A DNA stretch of 64,000 nt from Candidatus Latescibacterota bacterium (GCA_965197905.1 CBDAOB010000004.1:1248001-1312000); one strand, 5' to 3'; numbered from the stretch's first letter, positions 9,863 through 20,382 are shown. Numbers and translations are program-made. The notes: generated by a model not told the origin, from the letters alone.

Positions 9863-11584
9863 CTATTCATCCAGCACATCGCCCACGTCGGCGATCCACA
9901 CATCGGGCTCCGATGGCTTCCGCGCCAGATACATGATCTGCCGACCATCCGGAGACCACCGCGGCGAGGCATGTTCGTAGTTCACTGCCAACAGCACCGT
10001 CGGCACCCCTCCCATCACCGGAATCGTGCAGATATCGTTTTGCCAGACGTAGGTGATCTGCGTCCCGTCCGGGGACCAGTGGGGGGAATGTCCTTCGGTG
10101 AGCAGAGCAGCGTCGCCGCCGGCCGCGGGCACGACCCAGAGATTCCTCACTCCTTCGGTTTGCCCTTCACGAGGTCGGTTGGAGGCGAAAACGATCTGGC
10201 TGCCGTCCGGTGACCAGTCCGGATCTGTATCGACACCGGGAGCCTCGATCAACAACCAGGGCGACCCTCCGTTCAGCGGCACAACCCAGATGTCGACCTC
10301 TTCATCCGTTCCGGAGGCGATCGCCATCTGTCGACTGTCCGGAGCCCAGGCCATCGCCACGTCGTTCCCGCTACCGACGCCAAGCTGTTTTGTTTCGCCG
10401 CCCTTTGCCCGTATGACCCACACCTTCCCGTTCTCCTTTGAAACGAAGGCAATCTTCTTTCCGTCCGGTGACCAGCGCACGTCGCTTTGGCCCATATCCA
10501 GAGGGGCGCCTTCGGTCAGCGCCTTCTGGCTTTCGCCATCGACCGCGATTCTCCAGAGGTCGGCTCCCTGCGGTCCGAACCTGGCAATAGCAACCTCATC
10601 ACCGTCAGGCGACCAGCTGGCCCCCTTCCCGGACACGATGTCGACATCACCGGCAATCATGCCAGCTTCGCCCTCTGTTACCTCCATTGCCCACAGCGCG
10701 CTCAAGGGTATGTGCCAGGTGAAGCTGATCCGCCGGCTGTCTGGCGACCAACTGGGATGGACCTCGTACGAGCTCGGCGTGTCGGTAAGGTGAATCTCGG
10801 TGCCACCCGAGGCTGGCCCGATGTAGAGGTCCCTGATTCCGCTCCTTGCCGAATAGTAGACGATCCATTTGCTGTCGGGGGACCAGTCCGGAGAGAAATC
10901 AGCGCTGGTATGTTCGGTCAACCGGCGCAGTGGACCTCCTGCGGATGGAATAATCCACAGGTTGCTCTCCTTTCTGCCGTTTTTACCCCCGCCCTTGAAG
11001 AGGATCGACGTGCCGTCGGGTGACCAGGTGGGGCTGTTGCTGTGCAGAAACGGTGTCTTCAGCGTTCGCCTCGCACCACTGTCGAAGTCGGCGACGTGCA
11101 GTTCGGTGCCTTCGCCGTTCTTCGCTACGTAAACGATCTCGCCCCCGTCGGGTGACCAATCGAACTGACCCCCTTTGACCGAATCCGCCAGCGTCGAAAG
11201 CTGAAGCAGGGTCTCCGGTCCACCAGAGGGATCGATTGTCCAGAGATTCCACTGGTCGCCCCGCTCGGACATGAACGCAATCCGTTTCCCGTCGGGTGAC
11301 CATTCCGGACTGCGGTCATAGGCAGGATCGGTGGTCACCTGCCTGGCGTCGCCCCCCGCTACAGGTTTGATCCAGATATCGCTATTGCCGCTGCGCGAGG
11401 ATACGAACGCAGTCCACATGCCGTCGGGCGACCAGACGGCATTCTCTTCGCTCTGCGGATGGGTCGTATAGCGGACAATATTGATCGGCTCGGTCGGGCG
11501 AACGCTTGGCGGCAGGTCCTGCCCGCGAGCGGAGAAGGATGGCGCAAGCGTGAGCGCCGCAATAAGGAAGGCCAATCTTTTCAT
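9863..11584 (-). CDS. Secreted TolB-like PD40-repeat beta-propeller protein (paralog 1)
   Basis: MKRLAFLIAALTLAPSFSARG signal; ~12 WSPDG repeats; collinear with the neighbouring paralog. Confidence 0.88.
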   Translation of the reverse strand: MKRLAFLIAALTLAPSFSARGQDLPPSVRPTEPINIVRYTTHPQSEENAVWSPDGMWTAFVSSRSGNSDIWIKPVAGGDARQVTTDPAYDRSPEWSPDGKRIAFMSERGDQWNLWTIDPSGGPETLLQLSTLADSVKGGQFDWSPDGGEIVYVAKNGEGTELHVADFDSGARRTLKTPFLHSNSPTWSPDGTSILFKGGGKNGRKESNLWIIPSAGGPLRRLTEHTSADFSPDWSPDSKWIVYYSARSGIRDLYIGPASGGTEIHLTDTPSSYEVHPSWSPDSRRISFTWHIPLSALWAMEVTEGEAGMIAGDVDIVSGKGASWSPDGDEVAIARFGPQGADLWRIAVDGESQKALTEGAPLDMGQSDVRWSPDGKKIAFVSKENGKVWVIRAKGGETKQLGVGSGNDVAMAWAPDSRQMAIASGTDEEVDIWVVPLNGGSPWLLIEAPGVDTDPDWSPDGSQIVFASNRPREGQTEGVRNLWVVPAAGGDAALLTEGHSPHWSPDGTQITYVWQNDICTIPVMGGVPTVLLAVNYEHASPRWSPDGRQIMYLARKPSEPDVWIADVGDVLDE

Positions 11585-11653
11585 GATAGCTCTCCGCGTA
11601 TTCGTTTCTGGTTTTTGGAAACTCCTCTGCGCCCCAGCAACAACCTTCACAGA

Positions 11654-12901
11654 TCAGCTCTTGCCCTCGATGTCGAGGGAGACGATCTCTTCCAGATTCC
11701 TCAGATACAGACGGCCATTCGCCAGGCTCGGCGCCGTCCAGCAACGCCCGCTCAATACCTGGGAGCTGGTTATTTCCTTGTGAGCGTTCGGATTTGCTTC
11801 GACCAGTGCCAGCTTACCGTCCTCGCTCAGCACCACGAGATGGCCATCTGCGTAGAGGAGGCTACCCTTGCCGTATCCCCTCGCCTTCCATTTCACCTCG
11901 CCGGTCTTGGCGTCGATGCAGGTCAAAATGGCGTTGTCGAATCCGTAGAGCATACCCTGATGGTATACCGAGCTGTTGAAGTGGTTCTTCATCTTCTTGG
12001 TGAACCACAATTCCTGGACGCCCAATCCAGAATCAGCTTGCGTAATCTGCACCATGGCCCCACCGATGCCGTATGAGGAGGAGACAAAAACGCGATCGGG
12101 CGATATGAAGACGGGCATGGCCGGATTGATGCTGTTGGGCCATTCGTGACGCCAGTACGGCTCTCCGCTCGATGGATTGAGGGATACCAGCGCCGCACCT
12201 GTGAAAAACAGAATCTGCCGCGAGCCAGCGGAGTTGACCGCGATCGGCGAGGAATAACCGATGGGGTCTTTGCCGCTGCCCCAGACAACCTCGCCCGTAT
12301 CTTTGTCGAACGCCATCAACGATCGTTCGTTCGAGCCGCCCGCTTCGATCAACACTAGGTTGCCCTCGATCAGCGGGGAGGACGTGAACCCCCATGTCGG
12401 CCTCTTGCTGCCGAATTCCATGCGCAGATTGCGCTTCCAGATGACCTTGCCCGTAGCCGCGTCCAGGGCGAAGAGCTCACCGCTGGCTCCCATCGTGTAC
12501 ACCCGGTCTCCGTCCAGCGTCGGGGTGCAACGTGGTCCGTTGCCGTGACTCTCCATGTATTTGGCGCCGCTGCGGACCTTCCAGATCTCGCTGCCGTCGA
12601 CTGTGTTGAGACAGACGGCATACTCGTTCGTCCCTTTGGCGTACATGGTGTAAAGCCGCGAGCCGGAGATCGACATACCCGAGAACCCCTCTCCCAGCGG
12701 CTGCCGCCACATCTGAGGCGGTCCGGTTTCAGTCCATTCTTTGTTCAAGGGGACCAGGGACGACATGCCGTCGCGATTCGGACCTCGCCATTGTGGCCAC
12801 TCGGTACTACCGTCCGCCGGCTGGGCAAGCGCCGTTTCGGCAGCCCAGAAATAGCTCAGCGCCAGGATCGCTGACGCGTAGTAGAGATATCCAGGTTTCA
12901 T
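11654..12901 (-). CDS. PQQ-binding-like (BamB-like) beta-propeller protein
   Basis: WPQWRGPNRDG, TPTLDG, YSSP, WTAPSLANGRLYLR. Confidence 0.88.
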   Translation of the reverse strand: MKPGYLYYASAILALSYFWAAETALAQPADGSTEWPQWRGPNRDGMSSLVPLNKEWTETGPPQMWRQPLGEGFSGMSISGSRLYTMYAKGTNEYAVCLNTVDGSEIWKVRSGAKYMESHGNGPRCTPTLDGDRVYTMGASGELFALDAATGKVIWKRNLRMEFGSKRPTWGFTSSPLIEGNLVLIEAGGSNERSLMAFDKDTGEVVWGSGKDPIGYSSPIAVNSAGSRQILFFTGAALVSLNPSSGEPYWRHEWPNSINPAMPVFISPDRVFVSSSYGIGGAMVQITQADSGLGVQELWFTKKMKNHFNSSVYHQGMLYGFDNAILTCIDAKTGEVKWKARGYGKGSLLYADGHLVVLSEDGKLALVEANPNAHKEITSSQVLSGRCWTAPSLANGRLYLRNLEEIVSLDIEGKS

Positions 12902-12998
12902 AGTCGCATCTCCTTCTCGTTGCGCTCAATAATTGATTGCGAATATCTACCTGCAATGTTCACGCCTGTAGATAACGCGCATGATCGTCTTGGTGTCA

Positions 12999-13952
12999 TC
13001 AAGCCCCTTGCACCAGGTCCCCGAGCGCCTGGTGGATGTCCGCTGGCAAAGGACCGGCACTCGCGGCCTCCACGTCCTGCTCGACCTCCTCCGGTGTTTG
13101 GCAGCCGAGCAGAGCGATCGTCACGGCCGGATCGGCCATGACATACCTCAGGGCCAGCGCCGGCAGCGAAAGGCCGGTATCACTCTGAATCTCGTAGAGC
13201 CGCTTGAGGGAAATCTTGAGCTCCGGTGTCATCCACTCGGGCGCCGACACGAACCACTCGTCGTTGCGCTCGGCGAGCCGTCCCACACGGAGCACGCCTC
13301 CCAGGATCGTCGCCACCCCCTTCTTCTGGGCTAGGGGCAGGGCCTGCTTCTTCGCCTCCCGTTCAAGTGGGTTGTAGCTCATGGCCAAGAGATAGGTATC
13401 CACCTCCACCTGCTGTAAGACGCGAGCCGTTCCCGCGGGAGTGTTTCCGGTGATTCCGATCGCGTCGCAGCGGCCTTGATCCCGCGCCTCGGCAAGGACG
13501 TGCATAACCGGAGCGTCTCTGAAGTTGTAGTCTTTTCCATTCTGCAGATCACGATCATCGCAGGGTTCGTCTGACCACCACTGGTGCCAGTCGGCTTCAT
13601 GAATCTGGAGCACGTTCACGTGCTTTCGCTGCAGCAGCCGCAGGTTTTCGTCCAGCTGGGCACCAATGGCGTCGGCGGAGCGGAAATGGGAGGGGGTGGC
13701 GAAATGCCCGACCTTGGTTGCCAGCACGTACTCCTCGTCCCGATCGCGGAGCGCTGTCCCGAGAATCCCCTGGGAAAGACCTTTGCCGTAGTGGGGTGAG
13801 GTGTCGAAGTAACGTACGCCCAGTTCCAGAGCCCGCTGGACGGTCTCCACACCGGTGGCGAAGGACTGCACGTTGAGGGAGCCACCGCCCAAACCGAAGG
13901 TGGTGGTGGAGAGATCGGTGCTTCCCAGATTGGTAGTTGCTAGCGCGGCCAT
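12999..13952 (-). CDS. Aldo/keto reductase
   Basis: FDTSPHYG, ATKVG, LQIH catalytic-tetrad motifs. Confidence 0.9.
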   Translation of the reverse strand: MAALATTNLGSTDLSTTTFGLGGGSLNVQSFATGVETVQRALELGVRYFDTSPHYGKGLSQGILGTALRDRDEEYVLATKVGHFATPSHFRSADAIGAQLDENLRLLQRKHVNVLQIHEADWHQWWSDEPCDDRDLQNGKDYNFRDAPVMHVLAEARDQGRCDAIGITGNTPAGTARVLQQVEVDTYLLAMSYNPLEREAKKQALPLAQKKGVATILGGVLRVGRLAERNDEWFVSAPEWMTPELKISLKRLYEIQSDTGLSLPALALRYVMADPAVTIALLGCQTPEEVEQDVEAASAGPLPADIHQALGDLVQGA

Positions 13953-14205
13953 AATCTTGGCACTCCTTCCGAAATCGGACTGACTGCTTAGCCGGCAGAC
14001 ACTCAACCTATCCTATACTATACCACATCCGAATACCATGGGAAATGAGCGAGCGAAAGAACTGCCCGGCAGGACGAATACGGCATCGATTGTTGACAAA
14101 CTGCGGAGATATAACCGTATTCCCTTACAGACCGTGTGAATACATTAGAAGGCGGCACGCCGAGACAACCGAAGCTGATCAAACCTACCTCATCGGAGAG
14201 CAAAA

Positions 14206-16521
14206 ATGGCTGATTCCCGATCTACCTATCCGGATTTTACCAGCGATGGAAAATACAAAGTCATCGGTACTCGCCCGGTCCGTCACGACGGTCTCGACAA
14301 GGTAACGGGTCGCGCTATCTACGGCGCCGATGTCCGCATACCGGGGCTGCTCTACGGAAAGGTTCTGCGCAGCCCCCATGCTCACGCCCGCATCATCTCC
14401 ATCGACACCACCAAAGCTATGCAGCTCGAAGGGGTGCGCGCCGTGGCAACGGCGGATGATCTGGTGGAGACGGTGGATAAGTTGTCGACGTTTGGCGAGT
14501 CGATCGTCAACATCCGCGAGCTCGCCAAGAATTCGCTCGCCTCCGACAAGGTGCTCTACAAGGGCCACGCCGTTGCGGCGGTTGCCGCCACCAACCCGCA
14601 TATTGCCGAAGAAGCGCTCGACCTGATCAAGGTCGAATACGAACCGTTGCCGGCCGTCCTCGATGTTCTAGATGCGATGAGAGAAGGCGCACCCCTGCTG
14701 GACGAGAGCCGCACTACCAAGGCATTGGGGGAGGACACCGGAAAGAAAAGTAACATCGCCTCGCACAACCGCAGTGAGATGGGGGATGTCGACAAGGGTT
14801 TTGCCGAGGCCGATGTCGTTGTCGAACGAGAATTGCGCACCGCGACAATCCACCAGGGATACATCGAACCGCACAATACCACCGTTCACTGGCGCGATGA
14901 CGGATCGGTCACCGTCTGGGTCAGCACTCAAGGTTCCTTCGATATTCGCGCTCAGGTATCGGAGGTGTTACAGGTGCCGGTGTCGAAGGTGAAGGTGATC
15001 CCGTGCGAGATCGGCGGCGGATTCGGCGGCAAATTCTCCATCTACCTGGAGCCGGCAGCGGCGGTCATGTCGCGAAAGACCGGCCATCCCGTGAAGATGG
15101 TGATGTCCAGAACAGAGGTGTTTGAGGGTAGCGGACCGGCACCCGGATCGTACATGAAGGTAAAGATGGGGGCCACGAAAGACGGAACCATTGTGGCTGC
15201 CGTGGCCTATCTGGCGTACGAAGCCGGAGCTTATCCCGGCTCGGCCGTGGGCGCTGGCGCCTCCTGCCTGTTGGGTCCGTACAACATCGCCAACGTGCGC
15301 ATCGACGCCTACGACGTGGTCAACAACAAACCCAGGTCAGCGGCCTATCGCGCACCCGGAGCGCCCAACGCGGCCTATGCTTCCGAGACCGTCATCGACG
15401 AATTGGCCGAAAAGCTGGGTATCGATCCCCTCGAGTTGAGGAAAAAGAACAGCGCTCACAAAGGCACCCGACGCGCCGACGGCACTGTTTATACGGACAT
15501 CGGCTGCATAGAGACCGCCGAGGCGGCGATGAATTCCGCCCACTATCGCAGTCCCGCCCCGAACGGTCCGTACCAAGGGCGTGGGGTGGCCTCCGGCTTC
15601 TGGTTCAATGGCGGTGGGCAGTCCGCGGCGACGTTGAGCGTTAATCCCAACGGCACCGTCAATCTGATTGAGGGCTCCCCCGACATCGGTGGCACTCGCG
15701 CCTCGATGGCGATGATCGTTGCCGAGACGCTTGGCCTGGCCGCCGCCGACGTCAACCCGATGGTCGCCGACACCGACTCCATCGCCTACACCGATGGAAC
15801 CGGCGGCAGCCGCGTCTGTTACGCAACGGGTCACGCATGTTACCTCGCTGCCGAGGACATCAAGGAAAGGATGTGCATCCGCGCCGCCAAACAGATGGAG
15901 CTGGAAGAAGGTGACGTGGAGTTCGTCGACGGCAACTACGTCGCCAAATCGGACAGCTCCAAGAAACTCACCTTCAAAGAGATCGCGGAGCAGCAAGGCA
16001 GCACGGGCGGTCCCATAGAAGGTTGCGGTACCATTAACGCTCCCAGTCCCGGCAATGCCTTCGCCACCCATATCGTCGATGTCGAGGTGGATCCGGAGAC
16101 CGGCAAGGTGACGATACTGCGCTACACCGCAGTCCAGGACGTAGGAAAAGCGATCCATCCCAGTTACGTGGAAGGTCAGATACAGGGTGGTGTCGTTCAG
16201 GGAATCGGCTGGGCTCTTACTGAAGGGTATTTCTACAACGACGACGGCACGATGGCCAATCCCACGTTTCTGGACTATCGCATGCCCACGACGCTCGACC
16301 TACCCCTGATCGAAACCGTGCTGGTCGAGGTACCTAATCCTGGCAGCCCACACGGGATTCGCGGCGTCGGCGAAGTGCCGTTGGTGCCTCCGATGGCGGC
16401 CATCGCCAACGCCATCTATCAGGCCACGGGTCAGCGCATGGGAGAACTTCCCATGACTCCGGAACGGGTCGTGGCAGCGAGTCAGATGAGCGAGTCGAAG
16501 TTCCAGGAGGCGGCAGGCTAG
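14206..16521 (+). CDS. Xanthine dehydrogenase family molybdopterin-binding large subunit
   Basis: LRSPHAHARI, GGGFGGK, AYRAPG, GGSR, EGQIQGG..QGIG, RGVGE. Confidence 0.92.
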   Translation: MADSRSTYPDFTSDGKYKVIGTRPVRHDGLDKVTGRAIYGADVRIPGLLYGKVLRSPHAHARIISIDTTKAMQLEGVRAVATADDLVETVDKLSTFGESIVNIRELAKNSLASDKVLYKGHAVAAVAATNPHIAEEALDLIKVEYEPLPAVLDVLDAMREGAPLLDESRTTKALGEDTGKKSNIASHNRSEMGDVDKGFAEADVVVERELRTATIHQGYIEPHNTTVHWRDDGSVTVWVSTQGSFDIRAQVSEVLQVPVSKVKVIPCEIGGGFGGKFSIYLEPAAAVMSRKTGHPVKMVMSRTEVFEGSGPAPGSYMKVKMGATKDGTIVAAVAYLAYEAGAYPGSAVGAGASCLLGPYNIANVRIDAYDVVNNKPRSAAYRAPGAPNAAYASETVIDELAEKLGIDPLELRKKNSAHKGTRRADGTVYTDIGCIETAEAAMNSAHYRSPAPNGPYQGRGVASGFWFNGGGQSAATLSVNPNGTVNLIEGSPDIGGTRASMAMIVAETLGLAAADVNPMVADTDSIAYTDGTGGSRVCYATGHACYLAAEDIKERMCIRAAKQMELEEGDVEFVDGNYVAKSDSSKKLTFKEIAEQQGSTGGPIEGCGTINAPSPGNAFATHIVDVEVDPETGKVTILRYTAVQDVGKAIHPSYVEGQIQGGVVQGIGWALTEGYFYNDDGTMANPTFLDYRMPTTLDLPLIETVLVEVPNPGSPHGIRGVGEVPLVPPMAAIANAIYQATGQRMGELPMTPERVVAASQMSESKFQEAAG

Positions 16522-16567
16522 GAGCCGATACCACGTTGCGAGGATCGCGCCTGTCAGATTCGTACCG

Positions 16568-17872
16568 TTAAGGTTTGTTGCCTTTGATCGTGACCTCTCC
16601 CGCGGAACCGCTCGAGACCATCTTGTCCGCAAGGCCCTGAGCTGAACGGGTTGGTAGATCAGGGTTGTTACTGATTGTCACATCCCGCCCGACGGCTTCG
16701 AGGTTGTTCAACCCATCCAGGTTGGCCAGAGATCCATTCCAGCTGATTCTCAAACTCCCGGCAACGCCGTTGAGGTTTTCCAGACCTTCAATAGTACTCA
16801 GTCTCGCGTTGTTCTGAATAGCCAGTCTGCCCTCGACTCTTTTGAGTTTCCCCAGTGCTGCCAGGCTGGTTAAAGACCCATTGAACTTGATATCCAGGTC
16901 GCCGGCGATGCTTTCGACGTTATTCAACCCCTCCAGGCTCGTTAGAGCGCCAATGTTTTCAACGACCAGGTCCCCTCCTAGCGTTTTGAGACCATGTAGT
17001 CCTTCCAGGCTCGTCAGGGCACTGTCGTAGTTAAAAACGAGATTGCCACCAAGACTGTCTAGTCTGCTCAGTGCCCTCACGCTGACCAGGGAGCCATTGC
17101 CGAAGACAGCCAGGTCACTCCCAACCTTTTCGAGTTTATTCAGCCCATCGAGGTTCGCAAGAGACCCGTTGGAGGAGATGATCAGCCTCCCGCCGACACG
17201 TTTGAGGTTACTCAGTGCTGCCACACTGGTCAAAGCGGCGTTGTTATCGATTTCCAGACGCCCATCGACGCTGGTGAGGTTGTTTAGGCCTTCCAGCGTG
17301 CTCACACCGATCCAGCCAATAGCCATGCTCCCGACGCTGGTCAGCTTACTCAAAGCCGCCAGACTGGTCAGACCCGGATTGTCGACGATATGCAGATGTC
17401 CCAAGACCTCCTTGAGGTTGCTCAACGCCGCCACACTTTTCAGCACGGGATTGCCCTCGATTTGCATGAACCTTTCCACCCTGGCGAGGTTATTCAGGCC
17501 ATCCAGGTTGGTCAGAGAATCATTCGTCCGAACATTCAGTCCTACGATGCTTTTTATATTTCTCAGTGCCGCCAGGCTGGTCAGAGCGGGATTGCTCTCG
17601 ATAAACAGAAAGTTTCCAACGCTGATCAGGTTCTCCAAACCTGCCAGTGTGGTGAGCGGAGAATGATCTATTATCAGGTTACCGCCAATCGCGAACGGTC
17701 CGCCCCCGCTCGCCGCTATCAGCCGGTCAAATTCCTCTTGAGAACCAACCTTATAATCGCCTTCCAGAACGACATCCGCCGATATCGTATCGTCCACCTC
17801 GGCGGCGCTCTGTGCCCAGACGAAGGAGCCGAAAACGCCGCTCAGCAGCAGGATTTTTAGCCGAAGTTTCAT
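16568..17872 (-). CDS. Secreted receptor-L-domain / leucine-rich repeat protein
   Basis: Signal peptide; about 14 repeats of ~24 aa (tsLeGLnnLxxVgGxLxIxxNxxL). Confidence 0.85.
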   Translation of the reverse strand: MKLRLKILLLSGVFGSFVWAQSAAEVDDTISADVVLEGDYKVGSQEEFDRLIAASGGGPFAIGGNLIIDHSPLTTLAGLENLISVGNFLFIESNPALTSLAALRNIKSIVGLNVRTNDSLTNLDGLNNLARVERFMQIEGNPVLKSVAALSNLKEVLGHLHIVDNPGLTSLAALSKLTSVGSMAIGWIGVSTLEGLNNLTSVDGRLEIDNNAALTSVAALSNLKRVGGRLIISSNGSLANLDGLNKLEKVGSDLAVFGNGSLVSVRALSRLDSLGGNLVFNYDSALTSLEGLHGLKTLGGDLVVENIGALTSLEGLNNVESIAGDLDIKFNGSLTSLAALGKLKRVEGRLAIQNNARLSTIEGLENLNGVAGSLRISWNGSLANLDGLNNLEAVGRDVTISNNPDLPTRSAQGLADKMVSSGSAGEVTIKGNKP

Positions 17873-17886
17873 GTGCGCCTCCTCTT

Positions 17887-19155
17887 TCATGGCTTTTCTC
17901 CCATCACGTTCAGGCAGATCATCTCCTTGTGGTTGCGGATATACAACCTGCCGCCCGACAGGGTAGGAGCGGTCCAGCATTTGTCCTCGAGTATCTGTAC
18001 ACTGGCTATTTCCCTGTATTCTTCAGACGTGGCTTCCGCCAGTGCCAACTTCCCCTCGCCGCCGAGCACGATCAAATGTCCGTCGGCGACGATCAACGAA
18101 CCCTTTCCGGGGCCCCGGCTCGCCCACTGCTGAGCCCCCGTGCTGGCATCGATACACTTTAGAATCGAGCCGTCGAAGCCGTAGAGATAGTTTCCGTGCA
18201 ATACCGATGAGCTGTAGTGATTTTCCATCGCTCGATTCTTCCAACGTTGCTCTACGACAAGGCCGTCACCAACCGCATTAATCTGAAGAAGTGCACCGCC
18301 GTAGTCGTACGAGGAAGAGACGAATATCCTGTCATCGGGAACGTAGATCGGAGTGGGAACGGCGATCCCGTGGTGCACCAGCCAAGGATAGGTCCAGAAC
18401 ACCCGACCATCCCGCGGTGAGACGGAGACGAGATTCTCCGAGGTGAGAAAGATGATTTGTCGATGGCCCTTGGAGGAAATCGATATGGGTGACGAATAAG
18501 CGGCCTTATCGGAGTGCGTTGTCCACCGCACCTCCCCGGTATCTCGCGCGAACGAGGCAATCGATTTTTCACCCTCACCCCCCACTTCCACAATGAGCTG
18601 ATCGCCCTCAATGAGAGGCGAGGTGGAAAAGCCCCACCGTGGTACGGTGCTCCCGAATTCCTGGACGAAGTCGCGCTGCCACAGCGTTTCACCCGACTCG
18701 GCGTTCAGGGCGTATAGCTTCCCGTACGAGGAAAGCGCAAACAACAGATCTCCGTCTACCGTCGGCGTCGATCGCGGACCGTTGCCGTATTCTTCGAGAA
18801 AGGTGCTGTCGGCGTGAACGCGCCATTTCTCCTCCCCGCTGGAAGCATTAAAACACACCACGAACTCGGCGGTACTATCCGCCAGCATCGTATACCCGCG
18901 GCCCCCAGAGATGGAGATGCCGGAGAATCCGCTTCCGAACGGAATTCGCCAGAGAACCTCCGGGCCCTCCTTTGGCCAGCTCTTGAGAAGCCCTGTTTCG
19001 CGGGAATTGCCGTCGCGGTGCGGACCGCGCCATTGCGACCATTCAGCGAGCGGCTCTCGGGGATCGGAGTCACCGCCCGCCCCGCAAGAAGCCCAATACA
19101 ACGGAGAGGTTGCGACAAAACAGATTAGAACCAGGAAATGTGTTTTCCTACACAT
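17887..19155 (-). CDS. PQQ-binding-like beta-propeller protein
   Basis: WSQWRGPHRDG, GPRSTPTVDG, WTAPTLSGGRLYIR; GGAGGT RBS before ATG 19155. Confidence 0.88.
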   Translation of the reverse strand: MCRKTHFLVLICFVATSPLYWASCGAGGDSDPREPLAEWSQWRGPHRDGNSRETGLLKSWPKEGPEVLWRIPFGSGFSGISISGGRGYTMLADSTAEFVVCFNASSGEEKWRVHADSTFLEEYGNGPRSTPTVDGDLLFALSSYGKLYALNAESGETLWQRDFVQEFGSTVPRWGFSTSPLIEGDQLIVEVGGEGEKSIASFARDTGEVRWTTHSDKAAYSSPISISSKGHRQIIFLTSENLVSVSPRDGRVFWTYPWLVHHGIAVPTPIYVPDDRIFVSSSYDYGGALLQINAVGDGLVVEQRWKNRAMENHYSSSVLHGNYLYGFDGSILKCIDASTGAQQWASRGPGKGSLIVADGHLIVLGGEGKLALAEATSEEYREIASVQILEDKCWTAPTLSGGRLYIRNHKEMICLNVMGEKP

Positions 19156-19349
19156 AATTACCTCCTTCAACGCCTACGTCCTCAACAAGCACGGACAAAC
19201 AGAGCAGGCCAGTGGGCGTCGATATATCACGGGTAGAAAACGGCGCCAAGAAAGCCGAGATTTTAAGGGTGTGACTGTTTTGTGGAGATGATGTTGTAGT
19301 CGGTTCATTTTGGAATCGGCTGGGCTTGAGATTGAGTTCATGAGGGAGA

Positions 19350-20270
19350 ATGGCAATGGCAATGGAGAAACGCCCCTTCGGTCAGACCGGCGAGGAAGTA
19401 ACCGTCATCGGCCTGGGCGGGGCCGGCCTGTACAAGCACTCCTTCGCGGAAGGGGTCGCCACCGTGCATCGGGCCCTGGAGCTCGGGGTCAACTATTTGG
19501 ACACCGCCCCTCATTATTGCAGGGGAATGAGCCAGCCTATCTTCGGCGATGCACTCAGGGATCGGCCCGAAGACTTCCTATTCGCAGCCAAAATCGGAAT
19601 GCTTCCGTACTCGCCCAGGTTCCGTTCCTACGATGCGCTGCGAGCCCAGCTTGACGAAAACCTGCGCCTCCTGCGGCGAGAGACGGTGGACGTTCTCCAG
19701 GCGCATGACGTGGATGCACACCGGTGGTGGACGGACACACCGCCTGAGGACAAGCGGGCGCCGGGAATTCGGGTGCTGCGCGAAGCCAAGGAAGAGGGTC
19801 TCTGCCGGTTCACTGGCGTTACAGGTGGTCAGTTCGCCGGCGTCGCGAGAGTCTTCAACGACGTGGATGTCGATGCCTGCCTTCCCGCGTTCCATTACGA
19901 CGTCCTGCGAAGGGGCGCACGCCGCGAGGTGATCCCTCTAGTACGTAGCAGGAACGCCGCGGTAATATTAGGTGGGATATTCAGGCTGCTACCCATTTTC
20001 GCAGACATCACGAACTGGTTGAGCTCGCCTCCCGACGGGACCACTCCGGAGCTCGTGGACCGCATAAAGCGTCTCTATGCAGTCCACAGCGACTCGGGCC
20101 TTTCGGTAGTGGAGTTGACGATTCGGTACCTGGTAGCTGATCGAGACGTGAGCACAATACTGGTGGGCGCCGCGACGCCGGGCGAGATAGAAGAGAGCGT
20201 TGCGGCGGCCGAGAGAGGCCCACTCCCGGCGGACCTCCACGCCGTCATCGAAGACCTGGAGTTGCCGTAA
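19350..20270 (+). CDS. Aldo/keto reductase
   Basis: LDTAPHY, AAKIG, LQAH; close paralog of 12999..13952. Confidence 0.9.
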   Translation: MAMAMEKRPFGQTGEEVTVIGLGGAGLYKHSFAEGVATVHRALELGVNYLDTAPHYCRGMSQPIFGDALRDRPEDFLFAAKIGMLPYSPRFRSYDALRAQLDENLRLLRRETVDVLQAHDVDAHRWWTDTPPEDKRAPGIRVLREAKEEGLCRFTGVTGGQFAGVARVFNDVDVDACLPAFHYDVLRRGARREVIPLVRSRNAAVILGGIFRLLPIFADITNWLSSPPDGTTPELVDRIKRLYAVHSDSGLSVVELTIRYLVADRDVSTILVGAATPGEIEESVAAAERGPLPADLHAVIEDLELP

Positions 20271-20382
20271 GGGGGTCGACAAAGCGAACCGAGACGGGCC
20301 TGCGAGATCCATATCCTTAAAGGTGCCACGAGCACCAGCTGCTCACCCCTATCGTCTCTGACACGTTCACCCTCCGACGAAC

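Noticed and set aside
8126..11584. Recurrent GGACCAG/CGACCA motifs as a CRISPR-like array
   Set aside because: They are codons of WSPDG protein repeats; no constant repeat-spacer structure or cas genes occur in the window.
14206..16521. Calling the gene coxL (CO dehydrogenase)
   Set aside because: It lacks the form I/II active-site motifs and coxS/coxM.
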